NCBI GenBank assembly: GCA_015523445.1
Contig: WAKG01000085.1
Span: 1 to 62,812 of the forward strand
DNA: 62,812 nt
Origin: Desulfurococcales archaeon
Lineage (GTDB): Archaea; Thermoproteota; Thermoprotei_A; Sulfolobales; Acidilobaceae
Reading direction: 5' to 3'
Numbering within the stretch: the first letter of the stretch is position 1; each line of letters opens with the position of its first letter. The notes under the pieces are model-generated. The model did no database searches and was not told where the DNA came from. It saw nothing but the letters and a program-made list of their open reading frames with translations. This document shows positions 19,947 through 29,986 of the stretch, in pieces. Position numbers and translations under genes: made by a program.

Positions 19947-20561
19947 ATGGGGGTGGACGTGATGGAGGGTAACGGAGGCAACGGTGGGAGAGTCTATGTA
20001 GGCAACCTAGACAAGTCGGCTAAGAAGGCTAAGCAGCTAGTCATGGGCAAGCTGAGAATAGGCAAGGCAGTAGACTGGGCAACCGCCTTCAGCCTATGGC
20101 CAGTACACCTAACCACCAGCTGCTGTGGCTGCGAGTTCGCAGCAACCTGGAGCCCCAGGTTCGACGCCGAGCAGCACGGAGCCCTGCCATGGGTGGGGGC
20201 CAGGCAGACCAACATGATCCTAATAGAGGGGACAGTCACTAAGAAGATGGCATGTGCAGTAAGGGTCACCTGGGAGCAGATGCCATCACCCAAATTCGCC
20301 ATTGCCATGGGTGCATGTGCAATAGATGGCGGGATATTCTATAATAGCTACAACATAGTCAGGCCCTGGGAGATAATCCCGGTGGACGTCTATATACCGG
20401 GATGTCCCCCGAGGCCAGAGGCAGTGGCTAGAGCGATCATTGAGCTCCAGAGGAAGATTAGGAAGCAGAGGGTTGTCAGCAAGTGGATAGAGGAGGGCTG
20501 GAGGCCCGACAAGGAGTATGTTAAACCTAAAGAGGACCCGTGCTCATGGTGGAGGGGGTAG
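19947..20561 (+). CDS. nuoB: NADH-quinone oxidoreductase subunit B (N2 cluster)
   Basis: SCCGCEF...GACA...YIPGCPPRPEA cysteine pattern. Confidence 0.95.
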   Translation: MGVDVMEGNGGNGGRVYVGNLDKSAKKAKQLVMGKLRIGKAVDWATAFSLWPVHLTTSCCGCEFAATWSPRFDAEQHGALPWVGARQTNMILIEGTVTKKMACAVRVTWEQMPSPKFAIAMGACAIDGGIFYNSYNIVRPWEIIPVDVYIPGCPPRPEAVARAIIELQRKIRKQRVVSKWIEEGWRPDKEYVKPKEDPCSWWRG

Positions 20562-21057
20562 AATAGTGGACCTAGCCCAGGCCAGGAAGATCGTTGAGGA
20601 GGCGCTTAGCGGCATAGAGGCCCGTGTAGAGGAGGGGAGGGGGTTCATAGAGTTCATAGTATCTAAGGAGAACCTAGTGGAGGCGGCGTCCCGGCTTAAG
20701 AAGGCGGGCTTCGACCACGTGAAGAGCCTGACGGTTGTAGATTATAAGGCTGAGGGTAAGTTCAAGATAGTATACTATGTATCGAGCTACCTCAATGAGG
20801 ACCTAGCGGGGGTTATAGTTGGGATAGGGACAGAGGTGCCAAGGGACAACCCTAAGATGCCCACACTAGTATACGTGTGGAGAAGCGCCGAGTTCCAGGA
20901 AAGGGAGGTGTTCGAGTTCTTTGGCATAGACTTCGAGGACCATCCAGACCTAAGGCTCCTACTACTCACGCCTCAGGTGGCTGAGAAGAGGCCCCTCAGG
21001 AAGGACTTCATAGTAAAGGAGGAACCAATCATCAGGACCACGCCACCCACGGGGTGA
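20518..21057 (+). CDS. nuoC: NADH-quinone oxidoreductase subunit C (30 kDa)
   Basis: VWRSAEFQEREVFEFFGIDFEDHPDLRLLL. The likely true start is GTG 20566, after GGAGGGGG and 5 nt past the nuoB stop. Confidence 0.9.
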   Translation: MLNLKRTRAHGGGGRIVDLAQARKIVEEALSGIEARVEEGRGFIEFIVSKENLVEAASRLKKAGFDHVKSLTVVDYKAEGKFKIVYYVSSYLNEDLAGVIVGIGTEVPRDNPKMPTLVYVWRSAEFQEREVFEFFGIDFEDHPDLRLLLLTPQVAEKRPLRKDFIVKEEPIIRTTPPTG

Positions 21058-21063
21058 GAAGCA

Positions 21064-22302
21064 TTGAGTGTATGGGTATACGGGGAGCAGAAGTCTGAGC
21101 TCGGCCTCGAGGGGACGATAACCAGGAAGATCGAGGAGGATCTTTACGAGGTCTTCATAGGACCCCAACACCCTGGCTCTGGGCACATGAGGATAATCAT
21201 AAGGATAGATGGAGATATAATAGTAGAGGCGGACCCAGACATGGGCTATGTACATAGGACCATGGAAAAGCTGGCTGAGGGGAGAGAGTGGATAAAGAAC
21301 GTTCCACTCTTCGAGAGAATGGCAATCCAGGATGCATGTAACGTCACAGTATCATACATCATAGCGCTAGAGAGGATCCTGGACATAGAGCCACCGCCAA
21401 GGGCAAAATACCTTAGAACACTCCTATGCGAGATAAATAGGATAGCGGCCCACCTCTACGGCTTCGGAATATTCGGTGTATTCATAGGACATTCGACCAT
21501 GTATATGTGGAGCTTTGCAGACAGGGAGGTTATGGTGGAGCTGGCGGAGAGGCTAACTGGAGCCAGGCTAACCCACTCATATCCCATACCAGGAGGTGCT
21601 AGAAAGGATATACCCCAGGACTTTCCCCAGGCGGCTAGGAAGGCGGTAAGGTACTTCAGGAGGAGACTAGAAGAGTATAGGAAGATATTCTTGGACAACC
21701 CCGTCACTAGGAAGAGGCTGGAGGGTGTGGGAATTATACCCAAGAAGATAGCGGCGGAGCTGGGCGTTGTAGGCCCGGTGGCTAGGGCAAGCGGGATCAA
21801 GTATGATGCCAGGCTGGCTGAGCCCTACGACGCCTACGATGAGGTGGAGTTTGAGGTCCCGGTTTTCGAGGAGGGTGATGCGCTGGCCAGGGCATGGGTT
21901 AAGTTCGAGGAGATAAAGCAGAGCCTCAGGATAATAGAGCAGGCGGTGGACTGGCTGGAGAGGCATCCAAGGGAGGCCCCGATACACGACAGGTTCTGGG
22001 CCAAGTCACCGCCGCTCTGGAAGAAGGTGTTTGAGGCAGAGGGCAGGGTCAAGCTACTACCGCTAATGGCCAATATGAAGCTGCCTCCAGGCAGGGCTAT
22101 GGCCAGGAGCGAGACAGCACGGGGAGAAATAATTTATTATGTGGAGAGTGATGGTAAGAGCACCCCATATAGGGTCAGGATAGTGTCTCCCTCGGCAAGG
22201 AATGCTATAGTGTTCAAGTATATAGCACCCGGGTATAAGGTTATGGATCTACCTACGATATACGGTAGTATAGATTACTTCCCTCCGGAGGCTGATAGGT
22301 GA
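21064..22302 (+). CDS. nuoD: NADH-quinone oxidoreductase subunit D (49 kDa)
   Basis: FIGPQHPGSGHMRIIIRIDGDIIVEADPDMGYVHRTMEK...IDYFPPEADR. TTG start. Confidence 0.95.
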   Translation: MSVWVYGEQKSELGLEGTITRKIEEDLYEVFIGPQHPGSGHMRIIIRIDGDIIVEADPDMGYVHRTMEKLAEGREWIKNVPLFERMAIQDACNVTVSYIIALERILDIEPPPRAKYLRTLLCEINRIAAHLYGFGIFGVFIGHSTMYMWSFADREVMVELAERLTGARLTHSYPIPGGARKDIPQDFPQAARKAVRYFRRRLEEYRKIFLDNPVTRKRLEGVGIIPKKIAAELGVVGPVARASGIKYDARLAEPYDAYDEVEFEVPVFEEGDALARAWVKFEEIKQSLRIIEQAVDWLERHPREAPIHDRFWAKSPPLWKKVFEAEGRVKLLPLMANMKLPPGRAMARSETARGEIIYYVESDGKSTPYRVRIVSPSARNAIVFKYIAPGYKVMDLPTIYGSIDYFPPEADR

Positions 22303-23324
22303 TGGCAGGGATAATAGACCTAATATTATCCATAATATTCTATCCACCCATATACCAGCTTGTACTAGTGGGCCTTACAGGGTCCCTAGTAGTAGTAATA
22401 TTCATTATATGGTTTGAGAGGAAGGCCACAGCCAGGGTGCAGAGGAGGCTGGGCCCGTACCATATTGCACCGCGCCTTGCAGGCTTGCCACAGCTAGTTG
22501 CAGACCTGATAAGGTACGCCTTCCAGGAGGTGATAATACCTAGGACAGCTGATAGGGAGCTATTCGTCCTAGCCCCTATAGTGGCTACAGTACTATCAAT
22601 ACTACCCATAGCTGTCGTACCCCTAACCTCCAACCCTGCCTATTGGCCTATACCCATGGATTACAGCATACTCGTTGCACTAGCCTTAACCACAGTGTCA
22701 CCCATATTCCTTATAGTAGCTGGGTGGGCCAGCAACAACAAGTTCTCAATAATAGGTGGCGTCAGGGAGGCATTCGTTATAACAGCGTATGAGATGATAG
22801 CGATCATGAGTATACTATCAGCGTCAGCCGCCGTACTAACATTCAACCTAGTGGAGATAGTGGAGGCCCAGCGGATCTGGTACATACTTTTAAACCCAAT
22901 AGCGTTCCTGGCAGCATTCCTCTCTGTACTAATGGCTACCTCAGGCTTCCCATTCGAGATACCTGAGTCGGAGAACGAGGTTGTAGCTGGCCCCTTCACA
23001 GAGTACAGCGGCCTCCTCTACGGCCTAAACATGGGTGCGGCCTACATGAAGAGGTTCGCCTTCTCAATATTGATGGTGTTGGTATTCCTAGGCGGGTGGT
23101 CCCCCTACACGCCGGGGGAGGGTATACTCTCAGGCTATCTGATACCCTCACTCATAGTAGTTGCCAAGGCAGCTATTCTAATGATGATATTCAGTCTGAC
23201 AAGGTCTATATATGGAAGGTTTAGGCTGGACCAGGCCCTCGAGGGGGCCTGGAGACTCGTCTTCCCCATGGCCGTCCTGGGCTTCGGCCTGGCTCTACTC
23301 GAGGCATATCTGGGGGTGATGTAG
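22299..23324 (+). CDS. nuoH: NADH-quinone oxidoreductase subunit H
   Basis: ERKATARVQRRLGPY...PFEIPESENEVVAGPFTEYSG. Polytopic. Confidence 0.95.
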   Translation: MMAGIIDLILSIIFYPPIYQLVLVGLTGSLVVVIFIIWFERKATARVQRRLGPYHIAPRLAGLPQLVADLIRYAFQEVIIPRTADRELFVLAPIVATVLSILPIAVVPLTSNPAYWPIPMDYSILVALALTTVSPIFLIVAGWASNNKFSIIGGVREAFVITAYEMIAIMSILSASAAVLTFNLVEIVEAQRIWYILLNPIAFLAAFLSVLMATSGFPFEIPESENEVVAGPFTEYSGLLYGLNMGAAYMKRFAFSILMVLVFLGGWSPYTPGEGILSGYLIPSLIVVAKAAILMMIFSLTRSIYGRFRLDQALEGAWRLVFPMAVLGFGLALLEAYLGVM

Positions 23325-23325
23325 T

Positions 23326-23877
23326 GTGCCCGCGAGGCCAGTGGTAAAGAGGCTCCCGGCCCGTAGGGGCCTGTTCGCAGGTTTCAAGGGTAACGTAGAT
23401 GCTATAACAATTGGATTGAAGTACCTTGTAGACCCAAAGAGGATCACACTGATATATCCCAACGAGTATATAAAGCTGGACCCAGGCTATAGGGGCTTCA
23501 TAGTGCTCGAACCGAAGAAGTGCATCAACTGCTCCTCTTGCGCCAGGATCTGCCCTGCAGCCGCAATGAGGATGATAAGGAGGATGGAGGAGGACCCGAA
23601 GACTGGGAAGAAGAAGATGAAGCTGTGGCCAGTAATAAACTATCAGAGGTGTATCTTCTGCGGTTACTGTGTAGACGTGTGCCCCACCGAGGCCCTATAC
23701 ACGGTTCCGTACCACGATATAGTGTATGAGAATATGGCTGAGATGGACTGGGGCCTAGAGACGTTCGTTAAGCCACCCGAATATCCGACCGCCAAGGAGG
23801 GCATCCCCGTCAAGTACATAGTGGATGAGGAGAAGGGCCTAGTCAAGGTGCGCGCCGAAGAAGGTGAAGAAGAGTGA
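23326..23877 (+). CDS. nuoI: NADH-quinone oxidoreductase subunit I (2x[4Fe-4S])
   Basis: CINCSSCARICP and CIFCGYCVDVCP. Confidence 0.9.
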   Translation: MPARPVVKRLPARRGLFAGFKGNVDAITIGLKYLVDPKRITLIYPNEYIKLDPGYRGFIVLEPKKCINCSSCARICPAAAMRMIRRMEEDPKTGKKKMKLWPVINYQRCIFCGYCVDVCPTEALYTVPYHDIVYENMAEMDWGLETFVKPPEYPTAKEGIPVKYIVDEEKGLVKVRAEEGEEE

Positions 23878-24356
23878 TCGATATATACAAGCCGCTAATT
23901 GCAGGTATCCTAGCAGCTTTCATGGTACTAACATCATACCTAGTCGTGAGGAGCAGGGATCTAGTCTATGCAAGTGGCTCCCTAGCGGTCCTCGGCGTCC
24001 TTAACGCCGCACTACTAGCATTACTAGGCTACGGTATAGTAGCGGTGTTCCTAGTGGTGGTATATGTAGGGGCAGCAGTCATGTTCATAATAGTAGCAGT
24101 CTCAATGCTGGGAGGTGGGGGCCCTGAAAGATGGCAGCCAGAGAAGGGGGCATTTGCAGCGGCATCAGCCCTAGCAGTCCTACTAATCGTAGTGCTAGCA
24201 TCATCACTCTACACAGCCTACACGCAGCCCGAGAGTATAAGTCTGAAGAGCGTTTCGGGGATCCTAGTAGGGAAGTACCTGCCAGTCCTCGGCGTCATAT
24301 TCGTTGCACTAGCAGCAACCCTCATCGAGGCAATAGCCATAGCTAGGAAGAGGTGA
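23874..24356 (+). CDS. nuoJ: NADH-quinone oxidoreductase subunit J
   Basis: 160-aa, 5-TM protein in the conserved slot between nuoI and nuoK. It includes VVVYVGAAVMFIIV. Confidence 0.8.
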   Translation: MIDIYKPLIAGILAAFMVLTSYLVVRSRDLVYASGSLAVLGVLNAALLALLGYGIVAVFLVVVYVGAAVMFIIVAVSMLGGGGPERWQPEKGAFAAASALAVLLIVVLASSLYTAYTQPESISLKSVSGILVGKYLPVLGVIFVALAATLIEAIAIARKR

Positions 24357-24673
24357 ATACTGTGCCCGTAGATACGGCGCTGGGAGGGATCGCAGCTATA
24401 TCCGCAGCGCTCATGGCCTCAATAGGCGTCTACGGCTTGACCTCGTCGCAGAACCTGATACGCCAGTTACTCTCTATAGAGGTTCTGTTCAACGCTGTCC
24501 TAATCCTTGTGATAATACTTTTTTCTTTCAACCCTGTTAACGCTACACTCTTTGCAGTGACCCTGACAGCTGTTGTGTCTGGAGAGGTTATAGTGATCGT
24601 TGCGGTAGTGGTGAGCCTCTTCCGCAGGACTAGGAGCTTGGAGTCGATGGTGCTGGAGGAGGAGGGGGTGTAG
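24353..24673 (+). CDS. nuoK: NADH-quinone oxidoreductase subunit K
   Basis: 106-aa, 3-TM protein with LLSIEVLFNAV and SGEVIVIVAVV. Confidence 0.85.
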   Translation: MNTVPVDTALGGIAAISAALMASIGVYGLTSSQNLIRQLLSIEVLFNAVLILVIILFSFNPVNATLFAVTLTAVVSGEVIVIVAVVVSLFRRTRSLESMVLEEEGV

Positions 24674-24674
24674 T

Positions 24675-26225
24675 GTGGCGTATCTAGGGGCTCCTATACT
24701 TTGGATTACTATTCTGGCCCCTGTGGTTCTTGCAGTCGTAGGGCTACTATTGAGGGATAATAGTGGGAAGACTTATAGGTTTTTAGCATATACTGGGGCA
24801 TTCCTGCTCTTCATACCTGCAGTGCTGGTGCTCTATTACTCCTACACGGGGGCGCTGGCAGCTGGAATTATAGATCCTGTCATCGCGGATCTATCCAGCT
24901 ATAGGATCGGCAGGATGATGCTTGTCTTAGATGGCCTCTCTTCTCCCGTAGTGCTGGGAATATCGGTGGTGACAGCGCTTGTCTCGGTGTATAGCATACG
25001 GTACATGACTCATAGGATAAGGGAGATGGAGGAGCACGGTGAAAAGGTGCCAGGGTTCGAAGTGTACTACGCCCTCTACGCCGGCTTCGCGGCATCCATG
25101 CTGGGGATGGCCTATGCATCAAATCTAATCCTCTTCTTCATATTCCTAGAACTCAGTCTCCTAACATCCTTCGCCCTGATAGCATACTACGGCTATGGCG
25201 ATAGGGGGAGGATAAGCCTCCTATACTTCGTCTGGACCCACATAGCCGGGGCCCTATTCCTAGCTGGAGTCCTCTACTACGGCTTGAATAGGGGCACCTT
25301 TGACGTTGTAGTTGAGATGGATGGTGCAGTTGGCTATATAGCACCCTCACCCAGCTACCAGTACCTAGACCTGGCAGTAGCAGCGATCATACTGGGGCTT
25401 CTAGTCAAGATGGCGGTCTTCGGGGTCCACATGTGGCTCCCCTATGCTCACGCGGAGGCTCCAACACCCGTATCAGCACTACTATCCCCTAACCTAATCG
25501 GGATAGCTGGCTATGCGCTAGCCAGGTTCGTATACCCCCTCTTCCCAGGCATCATTGAGGGATACAAGACCCTCCTTCTTAGCATATCCATACTCACAAT
25601 TGTATATGGAGGCCTAGTAGCTCTCCGCCAGGTTGATTTCAAGAGGTTCCTAGCCTATTCGAGCGTTAGCCAGATGGGATACATGCTCCTAGGCCTAGCA
25701 ACTCTAACCAGCATGGGGATTGGGGGGGCTATGCTCCACTATCTGAGCCATGCTATAGGTAAGGCTGTACTCTTCATGGTGGCGGGGGTATTCATAACTG
25801 AGCTGGGCACGAGGGATATAACCAGGATGGGCGGGCTGGCTAGGCGCTACCCCATACTGGCTGCGGTTACCCTACTAGGATTCATGCACCTAGTCGGCAT
25901 ACCCCCAGCCCTGGGGATGTGGAGCGAGGTCCTAATAGTCTATGGCATATTCGATGGTGTACAGGTTACTGGGCAGGCCGTGCTATGGGGAATCACGCTG
26001 GTTCTAATACTGGCGTTTATGGTAACGGCTGCATACAGCTTCGTAGCGATGAGGAGGATATTCTTTGGCCCGCCTAGGATTGAGGCTAGCGAGTATATGG
26101 ACGACTTCAAGGCCACTATAGTCCTGGTGGGTGTCCTAGGCGTGTTCTTCTTCATATCAATAGGGACTCTCTCAGAGCCTCTCAGGGTAGCATCTGAGCT
26201 CCTAGTGAGAGTAATGGGGGGATGA
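24675..26225 (+). CDS. nuoM: NADH-quinone oxidoreductase antiporter-like subunit (NuoM-type)
   Basis: 516-aa Mrp-antiporter-like protein. It includes WLPYAHAEAPTPVSALLS and SSVSQMGYMLLG. Confidence 0.8.
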   Translation: MAYLGAPILWITILAPVVLAVVGLLLRDNSGKTYRFLAYTGAFLLFIPAVLVLYYSYTGALAAGIIDPVIADLSSYRIGRMMLVLDGLSSPVVLGISVVTALVSVYSIRYMTHRIREMEEHGEKVPGFEVYYALYAGFAASMLGMAYASNLILFFIFLELSLLTSFALIAYYGYGDRGRISLLYFVWTHIAGALFLAGVLYYGLNRGTFDVVVEMDGAVGYIAPSPSYQYLDLAVAAIILGLLVKMAVFGVHMWLPYAHAEAPTPVSALLSPNLIGIAGYALARFVYPLFPGIIEGYKTLLLSISILTIVYGGLVALRQVDFKRFLAYSSVSQMGYMLLGLATLTSMGIGGAMLHYLSHAIGKAVLFMVAGVFITELGTRDITRMGGLARRYPILAAVTLLGFMHLVGIPPALGMWSEVLIVYGIFDGVQVTGQAVLWGITLVLILAFMVTAAYSFVAMRRIFFGPPRIEASEYMDDFKATIVLVGVLGVFFFISIGTLSEPLRVASELLVRVMGG

Positions 26226-28282
26226 CGATGGTGGAGCCAGGGTACGTGGTCGAGGGATTCCTCCCCTGGAGTCTGGCATGGCTGGCCCCATACATAGGTG
26301 CATTCATCCTGGCGCTAGCCTACATAGCAGGCTCCAGGAATGACAAGCTATACTGGGGCGTAAGCCTAGTCTCGATACTGGCATCAGCTATAATCTCAAC
26401 CATAGCAGCGGCTAGAGTGCTTGGAGGGGAGCCTATATACGCTAAGGCAAGCGGCTACTGGTTCCCCTGGATCAAGGTCACGCTAGGCACCTACATAGAT
26501 GGGCTCTCAGCCGTGATGGCACTAGTAGTATCGTGGCTGAGCTTCCTGATAGCACTCTACAGCGTGAAGTACATGGAGGGTGACTGGGGCCTCCACAGGT
26601 ACTTCTTCTTCATAACATTCTTCGTGGGCAGTATGCAGCTAGTAGTCCTAGCAGACAACCTTCTACTCCTATTCATAGGCTGGGAGGGGACAGGTATAGC
26701 CAGCTACGCCCTAATAGGCCACTGGTACACAGACGAGGAGGAGTACTGGGTCGGAGTCCCAGGCAGGAGGGCCCTAGGCCAGCCAATGTACTTCGAGCCT
26801 AGCCACAGCGCGGTGAGGGCAATACTCTTCACGAGGATAGGGGACATAGGCCTGCTGGTAGGCACGGCAATAATCTACCTAACTGTAGGCACTATAACCA
26901 TACCAGAGCTAGTCCAGAACGCAGCGGCGTGGATAGGGGCCCTAGCTGCGAAGGGCATACTGCCTTCACTCCTACTTATATTCACCCTAGGGGCTCTGGG
27001 CAAGAGCGCCCAGTTCCCATTCCACGAGTGGCTCGTTACAGCGATGACTGGACCAACACCAGTATCAGCACTGATACATGCAGCCACCATGGTCAAGGCA
27101 GGAGTATACTTCATACTGAGGTTCGCCCCCATAATAATAGTCGGGGCCCTGGCCGCCGGGGAGGCTGCTAAGGCCCAGGCCCTGGACTACTTCACTATAG
27201 TAGCAGGGCTAGGGGCGGTAACTGCTTTCATGATGGCAACAATGGCTCTAGTATCGAACGAGCTAAAGCTGATACTAGCATACTCAACTGCTAGCCAGCT
27301 GGGATACATGTTCATAGCGGGGGCAGCCGCGGGTATAATAGCATACCACGGAGAGCTGGAGGCGGCTCTATCCAGCGTCATGGCAGGGCTAAGTCACCTG
27401 GTCAGCCACGCAGTCTTCAAGGCCAGCCTCTTCCTAATAGCCGGGTGGCTCATACACGTGGCCCATAACAGGTTCATAGACACGATGGGCAACTACGCCA
27501 AGTACATGAAGCTAACAGCATTCTCCCTATGGCTGGCAGGCCTCAGCCTAGCCGGGCTACCGCCATTCAGCGGCTTCTTCAGTAAAGAGCTAGTGATATA
27601 CTATGCCGAGGAGGCCGGGATAGGCCCGGTACTATGGCTTGCAGTGATAACTGCAGGGCTAACAGCCGCGTATACCCTCAGGATGATCATCAGGATACTC
27701 CACCTACCACCCCGAGAGGAGGGTCATGGGCATGAGCCGCATGAAGCCCACCCCATAATGCTGGGCCCATACCTGGTGCTTGCACTGGCATCCATAATAC
27801 TGGGCTTGGCCTGGGGCCAGGTGTCAGGCGTACTCTCTAAGGCGGCACAGCTGACCGCTGCAATAGGTGAGGCGGTGAGCCTCCAGGTCAAGTTCGCCGG
27901 GCTAACCTACATTGTGATCGGGCTAGTGCTTGCATCAATGGGTGTGGTAGGCTTCCTCTACATGGCTGCTAGGGTAGACTTTATGGGTATAGTAAGCAGG
28001 AGTACAGCCGCTAGGATGATCCACGACTTCCTCTACGACAGGTGGTACATAAACTCGATCTACTATATAGTATTCGTGGGAGGGTTCACCTATATAATGC
28101 TAAGCCTACAGCTAGTCGATAGCCTGATAGACCTACTATACCACTCTGCGATCCCGCTACTGGCAGCACTAGGCGCGGCTGCGCTTAGAACACTACACCG
28201 GGGCAGGACAGACTACTACCTGACGCTGTACATCTACTTCGCATCCTTAGCACTACTACTCATCTACCTATACTGGAGGTGA
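26222..28282 (+). CDS. nuoL: NADH-quinone oxidoreductase subunit L
   Basis: 686 aa, the longest antiporter-like subunit. It includes FIGWEGTGIASYALIGHWY, FHEWLVTAMTGPTPVSALIHAATMVKAG, and a C-terminal extension consistent with the lateral helix. Confidence 0.9.
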   Translation: MTMVEPGYVVEGFLPWSLAWLAPYIGAFILALAYIAGSRNDKLYWGVSLVSILASAIISTIAAARVLGGEPIYAKASGYWFPWIKVTLGTYIDGLSAVMALVVSWLSFLIALYSVKYMEGDWGLHRYFFFITFFVGSMQLVVLADNLLLLFIGWEGTGIASYALIGHWYTDEEEYWVGVPGRRALGQPMYFEPSHSAVRAILFTRIGDIGLLVGTAIIYLTVGTITIPELVQNAAAWIGALAAKGILPSLLLIFTLGALGKSAQFPFHEWLVTAMTGPTPVSALIHAATMVKAGVYFILRFAPIIIVGALAAGEAAKAQALDYFTIVAGLGAVTAFMMATMALVSNELKLILAYSTASQLGYMFIAGAAAGIIAYHGELEAALSSVMAGLSHLVSHAVFKASLFLIAGWLIHVAHNRFIDTMGNYAKYMKLTAFSLWLAGLSLAGLPPFSGFFSKELVIYYAEEAGIGPVLWLAVITAGLTAAYTLRMIIRILHLPPREEGHGHEPHEAHPIMLGPYLVLALASIILGLAWGQVSGVLSKAAQLTAAIGEAVSLQVKFAGLTYIVIGLVLASMGVVGFLYMAARVDFMGIVSRSTAARMIHDFLYDRWYINSIYYIVFVGGFTYIMLSLQLVDSLIDLLYHSAIPLLAALGAAALRTLHRGRTDYYLTLYIYFASLALLLIYLYWR

Positions 28283-28285
28283 TCA

Positions 28286-29707
28286 ATGGTGGAGGCAGTC
28301 CTATACCTGATGTATGCGACCCTCGCCTCCTCCCTCATAGTACCAGCCATAGCCTCGAGGGAGGAGGTAGGGGCTAGGCCAGTAATCGCTATCTCCCTAG
28401 CCGGAGTGACGGCTTACCTGGTAGGCTCGCTCCTACTAGTAGCGGAGGCCCAGGGCACCATAGTGGAGTACTATGATGGACTCGTCGTCCACGATAGCTT
28501 CTCAGCTATGATGACTCTGAGTGCTGGGGTTGTGGCGGCTGTGGCGCTACTAGCGGCTGCTAGGGAGCCAGCACTCTGGACAACCCACCCAGCATACTAT
28601 AGCCTGCTACCAATGTCCCTCTTCGGCGTATTCTTCCTAGCAGGAGCCATGGATGCCCTGGTAGTCCTAGCAGCATGGATGCTTGTATCAGTGATAAGCT
28701 ACGTCATCATAGCGCTCCCCGACGATAAGGAGAGTAGTAAGGCCGCTGTAAGGTACATATACGTGGGCGCTGTGGCAACTCTACTCCTAGGCCTCTGGGT
28801 TGCAAGCCAGGCCGTGGCGGCCGCTGACCTGGGCATACAGCCCCTGGGCCTGGCCCCAGCTATGGAGGGTACAGCTTCAGGCCTAGCGGCCAGCCTGATA
28901 CTGGCAGCCCTGGGATTCAAGCTGGGCTTGGTACCCTTCCACTGGTGGCTTCCAAGCGTCTACTCTAGGGCCCACGGCAGGGCGGTGGCACTGGTAGCGG
29001 GCCCCGTGAAGATAGGCTTCATAGCGCTACTAACAAGGATAATATACCAGGCATCCCAGCAACCCTTCGGCTTCGAGACACTAGCAGGGGGAACGCTCCT
29101 AGCAGGGGTCTTAGCAGTAGCCAGCATAGCTACCATGACGTATGGTAACATAGCGGCCCTTACCCCGAGGAACGTCCAGGCGATACTGGCCTACAGTAGC
29201 ATAGCGCACGTGGGCTACATACTAGCTGGCCTAGCAGCCCTAGCATACCTAAACACGGTAGATCCAGGCCTGGCAAGCCTAGCCCTGGCAGGAATAGTGA
29301 TCCAGTCACTGGCATACGGCCTATCAAAGGCGCCACTATTCAGCCTAGCCCCCGAGGCGGGCCAGGATCTAGACGACTGGAGGGGGCTGGCAGGGAGTAG
29401 CAGAGCCACCAGCGTCGGGGTAGCGGTGCTCCTACTAAGCCTTCTAGGAGTACCCCCACTACTAGGCTTCTGGGGCAAGCTCTACATATTCATAGCAGCA
29501 GCAAGCTACAGCATGCTACTAGTACTAATAGCACTAGTGAATAGTGGCGTAAGCTCGGCATACTACATAAGGGTCATGAGGGAGGTCCTAACAGGCAGCA
29601 GGGAGGAGGGGATCATAAGCGACGAGCTAAAAGCCGCAATCGTGCTAGCATCACTCCTAACGATAGCGCTGGGACTCCTAGCCCCCGCCCTCCTAAGCCT
29701 AATATAA
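28286..29707 (+). CDS. nuoN: NADH-quinone oxidoreductase subunit N
   Basis: 473-aa antiporter-like protein. It includes FHWWLPSVYSRAHG and AYSSIAHVGYILAG. Last gene of the operon. Confidence 0.85.
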   Translation: MVEAVLYLMYATLASSLIVPAIASREEVGARPVIAISLAGVTAYLVGSLLLVAEAQGTIVEYYDGLVVHDSFSAMMTLSAGVVAAVALLAAAREPALWTTHPAYYSLLPMSLFGVFFLAGAMDALVVLAAWMLVSVISYVIIALPDDKESSKAAVRYIYVGAVATLLLGLWVASQAVAAADLGIQPLGLAPAMEGTASGLAASLILAALGFKLGLVPFHWWLPSVYSRAHGRAVALVAGPVKIGFIALLTRIIYQASQQPFGFETLAGGTLLAGVLAVASIATMTYGNIAALTPRNVQAILAYSSIAHVGYILAGLAALAYLNTVDPGLASLALAGIVIQSLAYGLSKAPLFSLAPEAGQDLDDWRGLAGSSRATSVGVAVLLLSLLGVPPLLGFWGKLYIFIAAASYSMLLVLIALVNSGVSSAYYIRVMREVLTGSREEGIISDELKAAIVLASLLTIALGLLAPALLSLI

Positions 29708-29986
29708 TCTAATCCTAATCTTTGTAATATAAATTGTAAAATTTATAATTTATCAGATAACATCATAATTACAATAATTTTTAATTATATAATAAAAAAT
29801 TAAATAAAATATTTCTAAAGTCGCGGGGGTAGTTTACTTGCTTGCCTTGTTTTCACGTTACTAGATACTATAGACTTTTAGTTATTATGACTCTCTGTGG
29901 TTAAAGTTTAGACGACAAGTCACCTAGTGACCATTAATGCCCTTAACGCTACACGTAGGTATATAGTTGTAGGGGTGGCTATGTGA
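29708..29986. other. Extremely AT-rich non-coding left boundary of a low-GC insertion, containing a candidate promoter for the ATPase gene
   Basis: Composition collapses immediately after the nuoN stop (for example taaattgtaaaatttataatttatc and aataatttttaattatataataaaaaattaaataaaat). The element GTATATAG at 29959-29966 lies about 25 nt upstream of ATG 29987. Confidence 0.6.

Noticed and set aside
29733-29780. Inverted repeat ATTGTAA...TTACAAT in the AT-rich boundary
   Set aside because: Only 7 bp pair and the flanks do not extend the pairing. In DNA this AT-rich, that is expected by chance.
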